From: Alphaproteobacteria bacterium
GTDB taxonomy: Bacteria > Pseudomonadota > Alphaproteobacteria > Bin95
NCBI GenBank assembly: GCA_965205265.1
Contig: CBDBGH010000003.1
Coordinates: 3,360,001 to 3,424,000 of the forward strand
Reading direction: 5' to 3'
DNA length: 64,000 nucleotides
Shown here piece after piece: positions 10,006 to 22,878 of the stretch. Numbering within the stretch: the stretch's first letter is position 1; each line of letters begins with the position of its first letter. The notes under the pieces were generated by a model. That model searched no databases. It worked only from the letters and a program-made list of their open reading frames with translations, and was not told where the DNA came from. Made by a program: the position numbers and the translations under genes.

Positions 10006-11507
10006 TCTTCGCTGTCCTCCTCGTGGTGGCTTGCGAGCCCGTCGTATCCGCCGAGGTCGTGATCGCGGACCGCGATATCGCGCAGTCTTGGATCGCCGGG
10101 CAGGTCGATGGGGATGGGTGGTGGCTCGTTGCGCTGTTCGCGCCGCCGGTTCAGGCTGAAGCGCACCGCATTGGGATGGGGGACGCCGCGCTCAAGGGCT
10201 TCATCGATGGCGGCTTCGAGTTCGACGGCTCCGTAGTCGTCGAGCAGGCGCAGCAGGGAGGCGACGGTTGTGCCGATATTGCCGCCGCGCCTGGCGGTCT
10301 CGGCAAGCAGGCGCTCGCTGTCGGGGGCGGCCTGGAGAAGGCGGCTCTGCCCGCGCAGGCGGTGGGCGTGACGTTTGAGCCTGACCAGCTCCTCGATGTG
10401 CTCGGGGGTCTCGATGCGGGCCGCCTTGTCGAAGCTGCGCGGATGACGGGCGACGGTGTCGGCGCCGTCGAGGATGCGTACCTCCTCCAGTGTCGCGACC
10501 ACGGTGAGGGTGCGCCGCGTATGGGTATGCGGGACGCTATAGTCATTGAGGTCGAACCTGGCGTAGGGGGTCTTGCCGATCCTGACCTCGACCCTCTCGT
10601 CGACGGGGGGCCGGTCGTCGGGCAGCGCCATCAGGGAGCCGCGCTCGCGCTCGAAGGCCTCGCGCACGGTGAGGGAGCGGTCGTCCGGCCAGCGACGGTC
10701 GGCGGCGACGCCGTCGCACCAGGCGCGGGCCCGGGCGTTCAGGTCGTCGAGGTCGCGCCAGGCGCGGGCGGCGAAGAAGTTGTCGCGCACATAGCGTATG
10801 GCGCGCTCCACGCGCCCCTTCTCGTTGCCGCGCGCGACCGCGACCGGCTTGGGCAGGAAGCGGTAGCGGGCGGCGAAGTCGAGGAGCCGGGGGTTGAACC
10901 GGATGGCGTCGCCCTGGCGCTCCAGCACGACGCTCTTCAGGTTGTCGTACCATAGCTCGCGGGGCACGCCCTGCCAGGCCTCGAAGGCCTCGACATGGCC
11001 GCGCAGGAAGTTGTCCATCGCGGCATTGAGGTAGAAGTGCAGGAAGATGCGGCGCGAGTAGCTCAGCACCATCACGAAGCCCATCAGCGGGCGCTCCGCG
11101 CGCCCGATCCTCACCTTGCCGAAGTGGGCCCAGTCCACCTGGGCCAGCTCGCCGGGCAGGGTCTTGAGGCGCAGATAGGCCTCGGCCACAGGCCGCGGGC
11201 GCTCCGGCGCGATCATGCGCCGGAAGTGGCTCTGGCTGCCCCGGTAGCCGCGCTCGACCGCCATCTGGTAGAGCCGGCTGGCTGGCAGCCTGGGCCAGAC
11301 CGCCAGGGTCTGGCGGATGAAGGGCCGGAACGGATCGATCATCGAAGCCCTGCGCCGCCTCTCACGCGCGGGCGCCCCGGCGGCCGCTACCGCGCGCTCG
11401 ACCGTGCCGTGGTGGACGCCGAGCTGGCGCGCGATCGTGCCGATCCTCCACTTCTCGGCAAAATACAGCCGCTGGATCTCGGCACGGGTCTGCTTGTCGA
11501 TCGCCAT
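10002..11507 (-). CDS. istA: IS21 DDE transposase IstA
   Basis: N-terminal HTH, PGELAQVDWA, YDNLKSVV, KGRVERAIRYVR, NDYSVP. Confidence 0.95.
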   Translation of the reverse strand: MAIDKQTRAEIQRLYFAEKWRIGTIARQLGVHHGTVERAVAAAGAPARERRRRASMIDPFRPFIRQTLAVWPRLPASRLYQMAVERGYRGSQSHFRRMIAPERPRPVAEAYLRLKTLPGELAQVDWAHFGKVRIGRAERPLMGFVMVLSYSRRIFLHFYLNAAMDNFLRGHVEAFEAWQGVPRELWYDNLKSVVLERQGDAIRFNPRLLDFAARYRFLPKPVAVARGNEKGRVERAIRYVRDNFFAARAWRDLDDLNARARAWCDGVAADRRWPDDRSLTVREAFERERGSLMALPDDRPPVDERVEVRIGKTPYARFDLNDYSVPHTHTRRTLTVVATLEEVRILDGADTVARHPRSFDKAARIETPEHIEELVRLKRHAHRLRGQSRLLQAAPDSERLLAETARRGGNIGTTVASLLRLLDDYGAVELEAAIDEALERGVPHPNAVRFSLNRRREQRNEPPPIPIDLPGDPRLRDIAVRDHDLGGYDGLASHHEEDSEE

Positions 11508-11508
11508 C

Positions 11509-11943
11509 TCACTCCCTTCGCGCCTGGCGCAGGCCCGGATAGACCGCCAGGCCGCAGAACCGACCGCAGCGCTCGCAGCGGAACACCCGGGCGGGACGGT
11601 CGGGCCCGAAGGGCCGGGTTCCGGACCGCCCCGCCGGTATGCGCGCCACATCAGGACGCCGGCGCGCGACGGTCAAAGGGTGATGCGTCACTTTCTGCGC
11701 GATGGCCCGAACTGCCGGCTGCCGCACACGGCGCCGTTCGCGGTAGCGCCGCTGGCGCTCGGCATGCTTGTGACGGCCCCGGCGGCTGTTCTGGTAGCGC
11801 TGCCCCGCAAGGCGCACCGACCGACGCCGCGCCCGCCCGCTGCAACGCGGCGAACAGTAGATATGGCCAGAGTCGCAGCGCCGGCAGAGAACCACCTGGC
11901 GGCGGCACAGGGCGCAGGTGAACAGGCGGGCGGCGTTCCTCAT
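11509..11943 (-). CDS. Cys-rich (Zn-finger) Arg-rich hypothetical protein upstream of istA
   Basis: CALC..CRRCD..YCSPRC, Arg-rich tract, C-terminal CERC; stop 1 nt before the istA ATG. Confidence 0.65.
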   Translation of the reverse strand: MRNAARLFTCALCRRQVVLCRRCDSGHIYCSPRCSGRARRRSVRLAGQRYQNSRRGRHKHAERQRRYRERRRVRQPAVRAIAQKVTHHPLTVARRRPDVARIPAGRSGTRPFGPDRPARVFRCERCGRFCGLAVYPGLRQARRE

Positions 11944-12325
11944 CGCGACCGATGAGAACGGGGTGGACCCACGCCCGGACGCGCACGATACTGCGCTTCC
12001 GGGCCGCGCCTTGCATGGCTCGGGGGGTGCGGCGCCGGTCGTTGCCACCAAGCCAACGGGGCCGGCGCCGCATCGTTCTCAGAAGCCCCAGTCTACCCCC
12101 TGCCGCAGCCCGGGAACGGCCAACCCGGTCGCCAGGACGTCGCCGCCCTCCGGGAGGCGAAAATCTCAACGCGACGGGGGCCGAGGACTCCGGTCGGGCT
12201 ACGCCCTCCTTCCGTCCTCGGCCCCCGTCATAAACCCGGCCGCGCCTGTCTCACGCTGTTTGTCGTGCGCACCACAAAAGCGCGCTACGCCAGCAAATAT
12301 GCGCCCTTTATGATAATCACCGACA

Positions 12326-12614
12326 CCCGGCGCTCTATCTGAGCGACTCGCGCAGCACGAGGCGCTTCCAGGGCATGACCGAGGAGGAGAGCCTGCCGCT
12401 GCTCGAATGGCTGATGGGCCACGCAACGCGGCCGGAATTCACCTGCCGGCTGCGCTGGGAAGTCGGCACGCTCGCCATCTGGGACAACCGCCGCCTGATG
12501 CACATGGCCGTCAACGACTATTTCGGCCAGCGCCGGGTCATGCAGCGCATCACCATCAAGGGCGGTCCCACAATCGGCATCCTCGACGCGGAGGCAGACC
12601 GGCGGGCGGCTTAG
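12326..12614 (+). pseudogene. TauD family dioxygenase, 3' part
   Basis: ALYLSD...GMTEEESLPLL...FTCRLRWEVGTLAIWDNRRLMH...RRVMQRITI. Confidence 0.92.
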
Positions 12615-12634
12615 GGCGGAGGTTGGACCGCGGA

Positions 12635-12922
12635 ATGGCAATGAAGGACCCCGTGCATCCCGGCGCAATCGTGCGCGAGGACTGTCTGAAGCCGCTGGGC
12701 CTTTCCGTTACCGAAGGTGCGAAGCGGCTTGGCGTGGGCCGCCAGACGCTGTCCAACCTTGTCAACGAAAAGGCATCGGTCTCGATCGAGATGGCCTATC
12801 GTCTCTCCAAGGCGTTCGGCTCCACCCCGGAAACATGGCTCGGCATGCAGTTGGCTTTCGACCTCGCGCAGCCGCGCCATCTGGAACGCACGATCATAGT
12901 TGAACGAATCGCTGCAGCATAA
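12635..12922 (+). CDS. higA: Orphan HigA family antitoxin
   Basis: MAMKDPVHPGAIVRE...SIEMAYRLSKAFGSTPETWLGMQ; no adjacent toxin. Confidence 0.85.
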   Translation: MAMKDPVHPGAIVREDCLKPLGLSVTEGAKRLGVGRQTLSNLVNEKASVSIEMAYRLSKAFGSTPETWLGMQLAFDLAQPRHLERTIIVERIAAA

Positions 12923-12973
12923 GCGTTCGCCAAGAACAGAAAGACATAGACGCCGGCAGCGAAGGACAGCTTT

Positions 12974-13483
12974 TCAACGCCGGAGAGCCGCCACCAGACG
13001 AGCCAGTTCCTGCCAGGGCTCCGGGTCCCAGTAGCCGCTCGCGGCACCGGAGGTCGAGGGCAGCACGAACATCGCGGTATCGCCGATTCGCTCCTCCCGT
13101 AGGCCGTAGCCGACCCGGTTCGCGCCGATGAGCCTCTGCGCCGCGTTCTTGCCGTTGAAGGCGAGCATGCGGGGCCGCGCCGCCTCGATCCTGCGGCAGA
13201 GCCCGTCCGCATCCCATGCGCTGCGCGGTATTTCGGAATCGGGCCCGCTGGCCGTCTTGGCAAGGTCGGTGAGCCCGATGCCGAATTCGGGAAGCAGGCG
13301 GAATTCTTCGGGCTCCAGCAAACGGGGCGTCAGCCCCGTCTCGTGCAGAATGCGCCAGAACCTGTTGCCGGAGCCGACATAGTAGGCGCCGACTTTCGCC
13401 GAGCGACGCCCTGCGGCCGCGCCGCAGACCGCGAGGTCCAGTCCGGGCGGCAGAATGTCGGGAAGAACGAAGGCGCCGGGCAT
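12974..13483 (-). CDS. mug: Mismatch-specific DNA glycosylase (Mug/TDG family)
   Basis: LPDILPPGL, GNRFWRIL, GIGLTDL, AFNGK, LPSTSGAA. Confidence 0.85.
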   Translation of the reverse strand: MPGAFVLPDILPPGLDLAVCGAAAGRRSAKVGAYYVGSGNRFWRILHETGLTPRLLEPEEFRLLPEFGIGLTDLAKTASGPDSEIPRSAWDADGLCRRIEAARPRMLAFNGKNAAQRLIGANRVGYGLREERIGDTAMFVLPSTSGAASGYWDPEPWQELARLVAALRR

Positions 13484-13505
13484 GGACTGCCGCGCCGGGC
13501 CGCGC

Positions 13506-13910
13506 TCAGCCCAGTTCGGCGAGCTTCGCTTCGGCGACGGCGGCGCGGCGTTCGGCGGCGGCGCGGCGGCGCTCGTCATCCGTGTCGGCGGCGTCCTCGC
13601 GCGCCTCGCGCAGTTCGCGCTCCACCTCCGCGCGGTCGAACTCGGCGAGCGGCACGGCCTCTTCCGCCAGCACGGTGCAGCGCTCGGGCGTGACTTCCGC
13701 AAAGCCGCCGGCCACGAAGATTGCCGCCGGCTCCCCCCCGCCGTCATGCAGCCGGATCGTGCCGGGGCGCACAGTGGAGATCAGCGGCGCATGGCGGGGC
13801 AGCACGCCGAAATCGCCGGCCCCGCCCGGCACCACCACCATGTCGGCCTCCTGGGAGAGCAGCAGGCGCTCGGGCGTAACCAGTTCGAAGGAAACCTTGC
13901 CGTCCGCCAT
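13506..13910 (-). CDS. atpC: ATP synthase epsilon subunit
   Basis: FELVTPERLL, GDFGVLPRHAPL, GGFAEV; operon position. Confidence 0.97.
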   Translation of the reverse strand: MADGKVSFELVTPERLLLSQEADMVVVPGGAGDFGVLPRHAPLISTVRPGTIRLHDGGGEPAAIFVAGGFAEVTPERCTVLAEEAVPLAEFDRAEVERELREAREDAADTDDERRRAAAERRAAVAEAKLAELG

Positions 13911-13912
13911 CG

Positions 13913-16236
<2,324 letters not shown>

Positions 16237-16248
16237 GGCGGCAGGCGC

Positions 16249-17778
16249 TCAGGCGAAGGTCCGGGCGAAGGCGGAGACGATCCCGTCCACTTCCTTCTCG
16301 GTGTCGTCGTCGAGGTCGCCGCTCTCGTCGATGCGCGCGATCAGCTCGCCGTGCCGGGCCTTGATTTCGCCGAGCAGGCCTTCCTCGAAGCGGGTCACGT
16401 CGCGCACGCCGACGCCGTCCAGATAGCCGCGCACGCCGGCGAAGATCGCCACCACCTGCTCGGCCACGCTGCGCGGCGCATACTGGCCCTGCTTCAGCAC
16501 TTCCGTGAGGCGCGCGCCGCGGGCCAGAAGCTGCTGCGTCGAGGCGTCGAGGTCGGAGGCGAATTGGGCGAAAGCCTCCATCTCGCGGTATTGCGCAAGC
16601 TCGAGCTTGATGCGCCCCGCCACCTTCTTCATCGCCTTCGTCTGCGCGGCGGAGCCCACGCGGCTGACCGAGAGGCCGACATTGATCGCCGGGCGCACGC
16701 CCTTGTAGAACAGGTCGGTCTCCAGGAAGATCTGCCCGTCCGTGATCGAGATCACATTGGTCGGGATGAAGGCGGAGACGTCATTGCCCTGGGTCTCGAT
16801 CACCGGAAGCGCCGTCAGCGAGCCGGCGCCGTGGTCGTCCGACATCTTGGCGGCCCGCTCCAGCAGGCGCGAATGGAGGTAGAAGACGTCGCCCGGGAAG
16901 GCCTCGCGGCCCGGCGGGCGGCGCAGCAGCAGCGACATCTGGCGGTAGGCGGTCGCCTGCTTGGAGAGGTCGTCATAGACGATCACCGCATGCATGCCGT
17001 TGTCGCGGAAATACTCGCCCATGGCGCAGCCCGAATAGGGCGCGAGGAACTGGAGCGGCGCGGGGTCCGAGGCCGTGGCGGCGATGACGATGGAGTATTC
17101 CATCGCGCCGTATTCCTCGAGCGTCTTGACCACCTGGGCGACCGAAGAGCGCTTCTGGCCGACGGCGACATAGATGCAGTAGAGCTTCTTCGCCTCGTCG
17201 TCGCTCTCGTTGATCTGCTTCTGGTTGATGAAGGTGTCGATGGCGACTGCGGTCTTGCCGGTCTGCCGGTCGCCGATGATGAGCTCGCGCTGGCCACGCC
17301 CGATAGGCACCAGCGCATCGAGCGCCTTAAGGCCGGTCTGCATCGGCTCGTGGACCGAGCGGCGCGGGATGATGCCGGGGGCCTTGACCTCGACCATCCG
17401 GCGCTCCGCGGCCTCGATGGGGCCCTTGCCGTCGATGGGGTTGCCGAGCCCGTCCACCACGCGGCCGAGCAGCCCCTTGCCGACCGGCACATCGACGATG
17501 GCGGAGGTGCGCTTGACGAGGTCGCCCTCGTGGATGTCGCGGTCCTCGCCGAAGATCACCACGCCCACATTGTCGGCTTCGAGGTTGAGCGCCATGCCGC
17601 GCGTGCCGTCGGCGAACTCGACCATCTCGCCCGCCTGCACGCGGTCGAGGCCGTAAACGCGGGCCACGCCGTCGCCGACGGACAGCACCGTGCCGACCTC
17701 GGCGACATCGGCCTCGTCGCCGAAATTGGCGATCTCGTTCTTGAGGATCGCGGAGATTTCGGAGGCGTCGATATTCAT
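16249..17778 (-). CDS. atpA: ATP synthase alpha subunit
   Basis: [31 protein letters not shown]. Confidence 0.99.
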   Translation of the reverse strand: MNIDASEISAILKNEIANFGDEADVAEVGTVLSVGDGVARVYGLDRVQAGEMVEFADGTRGMALNLEADNVGVVIFGEDRDIHEGDLVKRTSAIVDVPVGKGLLGRVVDGLGNPIDGKGPIEAAERRMVEVKAPGIIPRRSVHEPMQTGLKALDALVPIGRGQRELIIGDRQTGKTAVAIDTFINQKQINESDDEAKKLYCIYVAVGQKRSSVAQVVKTLEEYGAMEYSIVIAATASDPAPLQFLAPYSGCAMGEYFRDNGMHAVIVYDDLSKQATAYRQMSLLLRRPPGREAFPGDVFYLHSRLLERAAKMSDDHGAGSLTALPVIETQGNDVSAFIPTNVISITDGQIFLETDLFYKGVRPAINVGLSVSRVGSAAQTKAMKKVAGRIKLELAQYREMEAFAQFASDLDASTQQLLARGARLTEVLKQGQYAPRSVAEQVVAIFAGVRGYLDGVGVRDVTRFEEGLLGEIKARHGELIARIDESGDLDDDTEKEVDGIVSAFARTFA

Positions 17779-17784
17779 GTCCCC

Positions 17785-18342
17785 TCAAGCCCCTTTCATG
17801 GAGAGTTCGAGCCGGCGCAGCCGGGAGCCGAGCGAGCTGTCGTAAAGCCGCGAACCGAGCCTGACGACCAGTCCGCCGAGAATGTCGGGATCGACCTTGA
17901 GGTCGATGGAAACCCTGCCGCCCGCAATGCCGCCGAGCGCGGCTTCGAGCGAGCGGCGCTGCGCGTCGTCGAGAGCGTGCGCCACGGTCACTTCCGCCGT
18001 GACCTCGCCCCGGCGCTCGGCCAGCACGGCGAGGAAGCGCTCGGCAATGGCCTGGAGCGCGAACAGCCGGCCGTGGCGCGCGACGACGCCGATGAAATTG
18101 CGCGTGAGGTCCGAGAAGCCGGCCCGCTCGGCCACCGCCTGCATGGCGCGCGCGCGGTCCTCGCGGGCGATCAGCGGCGAGCGCGCGAGATGGGTAAGCT
18201 CCGGGCTTCCCTCCAGCAGCGCCTTCAGCGCCTCCAGGTCTTCCGCGACCCCGTCCAGCGCCTTGCGCTCCTCGGCAAGCTCCAGCAGAGCGGTCGCATA
18301 GCGCTCGGCGAGTGCGGAAACCGGTCCTGCCTGAGAAGCCAC
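17785..18342 (-). CDS. atpH: ATP synthase delta subunit
   Basis: AERYATALLELA, VDPDILGGLVVRLGS. Confidence 0.96.
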   Translation of the reverse strand: MASQAGPVSALAERYATALLELAEERKALDGVAEDLEALKALLEGSPELTHLARSPLIAREDRARAMQAVAERAGFSDLTRNFIGVVARHGRLFALQAIAERFLAVLAERRGEVTAEVTVAHALDDAQRRSLEAALGGIAGGRVSIDLKVDPDILGGLVVRLGSRLYDSSLGSRLRRLELSMKGA

Positions 18343-18609
18343 GAATAATGTCCCCGAATGCGTGCCGCCTTGGGTCCGCCGCCGCTCGAAAGCCCCGGCG
18401 AAAAGACGGCCGCCAAGCCGAGCGCAACGGGCGCGAGCCCGAGAGCGCCGCGCGGGCTTTCTGCTATCACAGCGCCCGCCGAAGCCGCAACCGAACCCCC
18501 CGCGACATATTGGCTTGTCGCCCGAATTATAGTGTCGATGTGGTGTGGAATTAAGGCGCCGTCCGCCCTACCCTTTCCAAGCTAACCGGGCCACGACAGG
18601 GAGGCCGCA

Positions 18610-18876
18610 ATGGAAGTCGCCATACGCGAGGCGAAGGCGCGCCTTTCAGAGCTCGTGGCCGCCGCCCGGAACGGCGAGCGCGTCGTCATCACGAAGCACG
18701 GCCGCCCGGCGGCCGAACTCGTTCCTTGCAAGGCGCGCGGCGGCCTCGACTTCGACAAGCTGGACAGGATACGGGAACGCCTCGGCATCGTCGGGGACGC
18801 GGAGCCCTGGCCGGAAGAATGGAACGACCCGGCCTTCAGCCGCCAGGTGCTGGGGCTGGAGGACGAAGACGGGTAG
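18610..18876 (+). CDS. Phd/YefM family antitoxin
   Basis: IREAKARLSELV...GERVVITKHGRPAAELVP. Confidence 0.9.
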   Translation: MEVAIREAKARLSELVAAARNGERVVITKHGRPAAELVPCKARGGLDFDKLDRIRERLGIVGDAEPWPEEWNDPAFSRQVLGLEDEDG

Positions 18877-18880
18877 CGGG

Positions 18881-19288
18881 GTGCGCATCCTCCTCGACAC
18901 CCACTGGCTCTACGACTTCATGGAGGCTCCGGGGAAACTGCCGGCAACCGCGCGACGCTTGCTGGCCGACCGGAATACGCAGCTGTTTTCGAGCGCGGTA
19001 TCCGTCTGGGAAATGCGGCTCAAGTTACACACCCGCCATCGGGACGGCGCGCGCAAGAGCCGCTTCGACCCGAAGGACGTGCTGGCGGCGCTGGAGGATC
19101 TGGATATTCCGGTACTCGCCATGACCCCGGCGCACGCGGCGCGGCCTCTCGAAACGCCGCTTCCCCACCGCGACCCGTTCGACGAACTGCTGCTCGTCCA
19201 GGCGCAGGAGGAAGGCCTCAAACTGCTGACCCGCGACCGCCTGCTCATCGGCCATCCGCTCGCGGTCTCGCCGGGCGCGGCTGCATAG
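18881..19288 (+). CDS. vapC: PIN-domain (VapC) toxin
   Basis: GTG start; ILLDTH, SAVSVWE, HRDPFD, LLTRD. Confidence 0.9.
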   Translation: MRILLDTHWLYDFMEAPGKLPATARRLLADRNTQLFSSAVSVWEMRLKLHTRHRDGARKSRFDPKDVLAALEDLDIPVLAMTPAHAARPLETPLPHRDPFDELLLVQAQEEGLKLLTRDRLLIGHPLAVSPGAAA

Positions 19289-19303
19289 CGAAGCGCGCGC
19301 GCC

Positions 19304-21466
19304 TCACATGAAGCTGTAGGGGTCCACGTCTATCTGAAGGGAGACGCTGGCGGGCAGGCGGACGGAGCCGAGCCAGGCGCGCAGCACGGGTTGCACCGGG
19401 CGCTCGCGCGGGGCCTTGAGCAGGAGGCGCCAGCGGTGGCGGCCGCGCAGCAGCGCCAGCGGCGCGGGCGCGGGGCCGAGCACGTCCGCCTCCCCGCCCC
19501 GGGGCGCGGCGCGGGCGAGCGCGCGGGCCGCCGCCTCCACCGCCGCCGCATCGCGCGAGGCCAGCACCAGCGCTGCGAGGCGCCCGTAAGGCGGCATGCC
19601 GGCGGCCCGGCGCCCCTCGCGCTCGGCCGCCAGGAACGCCTGCCGGTCGCCCGAGGCGAGCGCCTGCATCACCGGGTTCTCCGGCTGCCAGGTCTGCACC
19701 AGCACGCGCCCCGGCCGCTCCGCCCGCCCGGCGCGGCCGGCCGCCTGGGTCAGCAATTGGTGGGTGCGCTCGGAGGCGCGCAGGTCGCCGCCGGCGAGGC
19801 CGAGGTCGCCGTCCACCACGCCGACGGCCGTCAGCCAGAGGAAATGGTGCCCCTTGGCGGCAAGCTGCGTGCCGATGATCAGGTCGATCTCGCGCGCCTC
19901 CACCTTCTCGACGAACTCGGCGGCGGCGCGGGGCCCGCGCACGCTGTCGCTCGAAAACACGCCGAGCCGCGCCTCGGGAAAGAGCGCCGCCGCTTCCTCG
20001 GCGATGCGCTCCACGCCGGGCCCGCAGGCGGCGAGGCTTTCCTCCGCCCCGCAGGCCGGGCATTTCGGGGGCGGCGGGCCGGCATGGCCGCAATGGTGGC
20101 ATTGCAGCCGCCCGGCCAGCCTGTGCTCCACCAGCCAGGCGCTGCAATTGAGGCATTCGATGCGGTGCCCGCAGGCGCGGCAGAGCGTGAGCGGCGCATA
20201 ACCCCGCCGGTTGAGGAACAGCAGCGCCTGCTCGCCGGCCTCCAGCGCGCTCCGGACCGCCGCCTCCAGCGGCGCGGCGAGCCACTGGCCGCGCGCGGGC
20301 GGGCTCCGGCGCAGGTCGATCAGCGAGACTTCCGGCAGGGCCGCCCGCCTGTAGCGCTCCGAGAGCCTCAGCCGCCGGTAGCGCCCGGCATCGGCGTTCT
20401 CCTCGCTTTCGAGCGAGGGCGTGGCGGAGGCGAGCACGACCGGCACGTCCTCCAGCCGGGCGCGCAGCACGGCCATGTCGCGCGCGTGGTAGGCGACGCC
20501 GTCCTCCTGCTTGAAGGCGGGCTCGTGCTCCTCGTCCACCACAATGGCGCCGAGCTCGGGGAAGGGCAGAAAGAGCGCCGAGCGCGCGCCGACGACCACT
20601 CGCGCCCGGCCCTCCGCCACCGCCCGCCAGCCGCTGCGCCGCTCGCCGGCCGGCAGGTCCGAATGCCAGGCGAGCGGCCGCGCGCCGAACCGCGCCTCGA
20701 AACGCTGCATCCACTGCGCCGTCAGCGCGATCTCGGGCAGCAGGATGAGCGTCTGCCGGCCGCGCCGGAGCGCGGCCGCAACCGCCTCGAAATAGACCTC
20801 GGTCTTGCCCGCCCCCGCGACGCCCTCCAGCAGCGACACGGAGAAGCCGGCACCCCCGAGCCCCGCCGCCGCCGCCGCCTGCTCTTCCGTCAGCCCGACG
20901 CGGCCGCTGTCCGGGTCCGGCGGCGCGAAGGCCGGCCCCGGCGGCAGCACCGCCGGCTCGACCGCACCCAGCGCCGCAAGGCCCTTGAGGACGCCCGGCC
21001 CCGTCCCGGTCTCACGGGCGATTTCGGCAGCTATGAGCGCGCCGCCGCCCGCCAGCAGCTCCAGCACGAGCCGGCGCTGCGGCGTGGCGCGCATGGCCGG
21101 CGGCGGGATATCGGCCAGCCGCCAGGCGCGGCGCGGCTTCGGCGGCTCCAGCGCCGCCGGCACGCTCAGCGCCATGCGCAGCACGGAGCCCGGCGGCGAG
21201 AGCGTGTAATTCGCCACCCGCGCAACGAAGCGGCGGAGCGGCGGGCGCATCGGCGGAATGTCGAAGCGCCGCGCCACGGGCTTCAGGCGGTCCGGCGCGA
21301 CGCCGCCGGGCTCCCCGTCCCAGACCACGCCGGCCACGTGGCGGCGGCCGAGCGGGACCTCCACGATGTCGCCCGGCTCGAACCCCTCGCCCGCATAATC
21401 GTAGGGGCCGGGCAGCGGCAGGGGCAGCAGGACCGGCACGGTTATGGCGCGGTTCGGGGCGGACAT
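19304..21466 (-). CDS. priA: Primosomal protein N'
   Basis: [23 protein letters not shown], Cys-rich Zn motifs, [10 protein letters not shown]. Confidence 0.96.
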   Translation of the reverse strand: MSAPNRAITVPVLLPLPLPGPYDYAGEGFEPGDIVEVPLGRRHVAGVVWDGEPGGVAPDRLKPVARRFDIPPMRPPLRRFVARVANYTLSPPGSVLRMALSVPAALEPPKPRRAWRLADIPPPAMRATPQRRLVLELLAGGGALIAAEIARETGTGPGVLKGLAALGAVEPAVLPPGPAFAPPDPDSGRVGLTEEQAAAAAGLGGAGFSVSLLEGVAGAGKTEVYFEAVAAALRRGRQTLILLPEIALTAQWMQRFEARFGARPLAWHSDLPAGERRSGWRAVAEGRARVVVGARSALFLPFPELGAIVVDEEHEPAFKQEDGVAYHARDMAVLRARLEDVPVVLASATPSLESEENADAGRYRRLRLSERYRRAALPEVSLIDLRRSPPARGQWLAAPLEAAVRSALEAGEQALLFLNRRGYAPLTLCRACGHRIECLNCSAWLVEHRLAGRLQCHHCGHAGPPPPKCPACGAEESLAACGPGVERIAEEAAALFPEARLGVFSSDSVRGPRAAAEFVEKVEAREIDLIIGTQLAAKGHHFLWLTAVGVVDGDLGLAGGDLRASERTHQLLTQAAGRAGRAERPGRVLVQTWQPENPVMQALASGDRQAFLAAEREGRRAAGMPPYGRLAALVLASRDAAAVEAAARALARAAPRGGEADVLGPAPAPLALLRGRHRWRLLLKAPRERPVQPVLRAWLGSVRLPASVSLQIDVDPYSFM

Positions 21467-21511
21467 GTATAGAGTCATAACGGTTCGCAGCGACGATAAG
21501 GGCGGGTTGCC

Positions 21512-22189
21512 ATGAAATTCTTTGTCGATACCGCCGATCTGGCGGAAATCCGCGACATGGCCGGGACCGGCATGGTCGACGGCGTCACCACCAACCCCTC
21601 GCTGATCGCGAAGAGCGGGCGACCGCTGCTGGAGGCGATCGCCGACATCTGCGCGCTCGTGGACGGGCCGGTGAGCGCGGAAGTCACCGCGACCGACCAC
21701 GACACCATGCTGGCGGAGGGCCGGCGGCTGGCCGCTATTGCGCCCAATGTGGCGGTCAAGGTGCCGCTCACCGTGGACGGTCTGCGCACTTGCCGGGCGC
21801 TCGCCGACGACGGCGTGACGGTCAATGTCACCCTTTGCTTCTCGCCCCAGCAGGCCCTGCTGGCGGCGCGGGCGGGCGCGGGCTTCATCTCCCCCTTTGT
21901 CGGCCGGCTGGACGATCTCGGACAGGACGGCATCGGGCTCGTGCGCGACATCTGCGAAATTTACCGCGCCTATGACAACATCGGCACCGAGGTGCTGGCG
22001 GCGTCGGTCCGCGGCCCCCTGCATGTGGTCGAGGCGGCCCGTTGCGGGGCGCACGCGGCCACGGTGCCGCCGCAGATCCTGCGGCAGCTCTACCGCCATC
22101 CGCTGACGGATGCGGGGCTCGAAGCCTTCCTCGCGGACTGGCGCAAGACCGGCCAGTCGATCCTCGGCCTGCCCGAGGCCGCGGACTAG
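21512..22189 (+). CDS. tal: Transaldolase / fructose-6-phosphate aldolase
   Basis: [41 protein letters not shown]. Confidence 0.93.
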   Translation: MKFFVDTADLAEIRDMAGTGMVDGVTTNPSLIAKSGRPLLEAIADICALVDGPVSAEVTATDHDTMLAEGRRLAAIAPNVAVKVPLTVDGLRTCRALADDGVTVNVTLCFSPQQALLAARAGAGFISPFVGRLDDLGQDGIGLVRDICEIYRAYDNIGTEVLAASVRGPLHVVEAARCGAHAATVPPQILRQLYRHPLTDAGLEAFLADWRKTGQSILGLPEAAD

Positions 22190-22209
22190 GCCCGCCCGTG
22201 TCCGGGCCC

Positions 22210-22878
22210 ATGTCGGACGAGGTCGCCGAATATCTCCGGCGCAATCCGGATTTCCTGCGCCGCCATCCCGACCTGCTGACGGTTCTGTCCCCGCCGGGGC
22301 GCGACGAAGGCGGCGTGGTGGACCTCCAGCGCGTCATGGTAGAGCGCGAGCGGCGGAACAGCAGCGAGCTGCGCGAGGCGTTGCGCGAATTGCTCGAAAT
22401 CGGGGCGAGCAACCAGTCCGGCATGTCCCGGGTCCACGATGCGGCGCTCGCCGCAGCGGGTCGGCGGCGTTTTGCGGAACTCGCCGCCATCGTCTCCGGC
22501 GAATGGCCGGGCCTGCTCGGCTGCGACGGAGCGGCGCTTGCCTTCGAGACGCGCGCCGAGGCGCTGCCCGCAGCGCCGGGCCTTGCGGCGCTGGCGCCGC
22601 GCCGGGTGGACGCACTGCTCGGCGAAGGTGACGCCCGGCTCGAGGGCGGGCTGGAGCGGGGCCCGGCGGACCTGTTCGGCGCGGCGGCAAAAACGGTGGG
22701 CAGCATGGCGCTCTTGCGCCTCGATGCCGGGCCGCGCGGCCCGGCCGGCCTGCTCGCGCTCTCTTCGCGGGACCCGGAGCATTTCCAGGCCGGGCAAGGA
22801 ACCGATTTGCTCGTCTTCCTCGCGCGCATGGTCTCGGCGCAACTGCCGGCGCTCATCGACTCGCCCGAAGCGCTATGA
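22210..22878 (+). CDS. DUF484 family protein
   Basis: [32 protein letters not shown]; immediately upstream of xerC. Confidence 0.85.
   Translation: MSDEVAEYLRRNPDFLRRHPDLLTVLSPPGRDEGGVVDLQRVMVERERRNSSELREALRELLEIGASNQSGMSRVHDAALAAAGRRRFAELAAIVSGEWPGLLGCDGAALAFETRAEALPAAPGLAALAPRRVDALLGEGDARLEGGLERGPADLFGAAAKTVGSMALLRLDAGPRGPAGLLALSSRDPEHFQAGQGTDLLVFLARMVSAQLPALIDSPEAL

Larger units (their letters stand above)
8240..12325 (-). mobile_element. IS21-family element (4086 bp) with istAB and two accessory ORFs
   Basis: Imperfect terminal inverted repeats TGTTAGCG..AAGGGCGTTTATTTGCTGGCG / rc TGTCGGTG..AAGGGCGCATATTTGCTGGCG; 5-bp target duplication CCCGG at 8235-8239 and 12326-12330; removing it restores TauD ...ETGRPALYLSD...GMTEEESLPLL. 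Confidence 0.95.
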
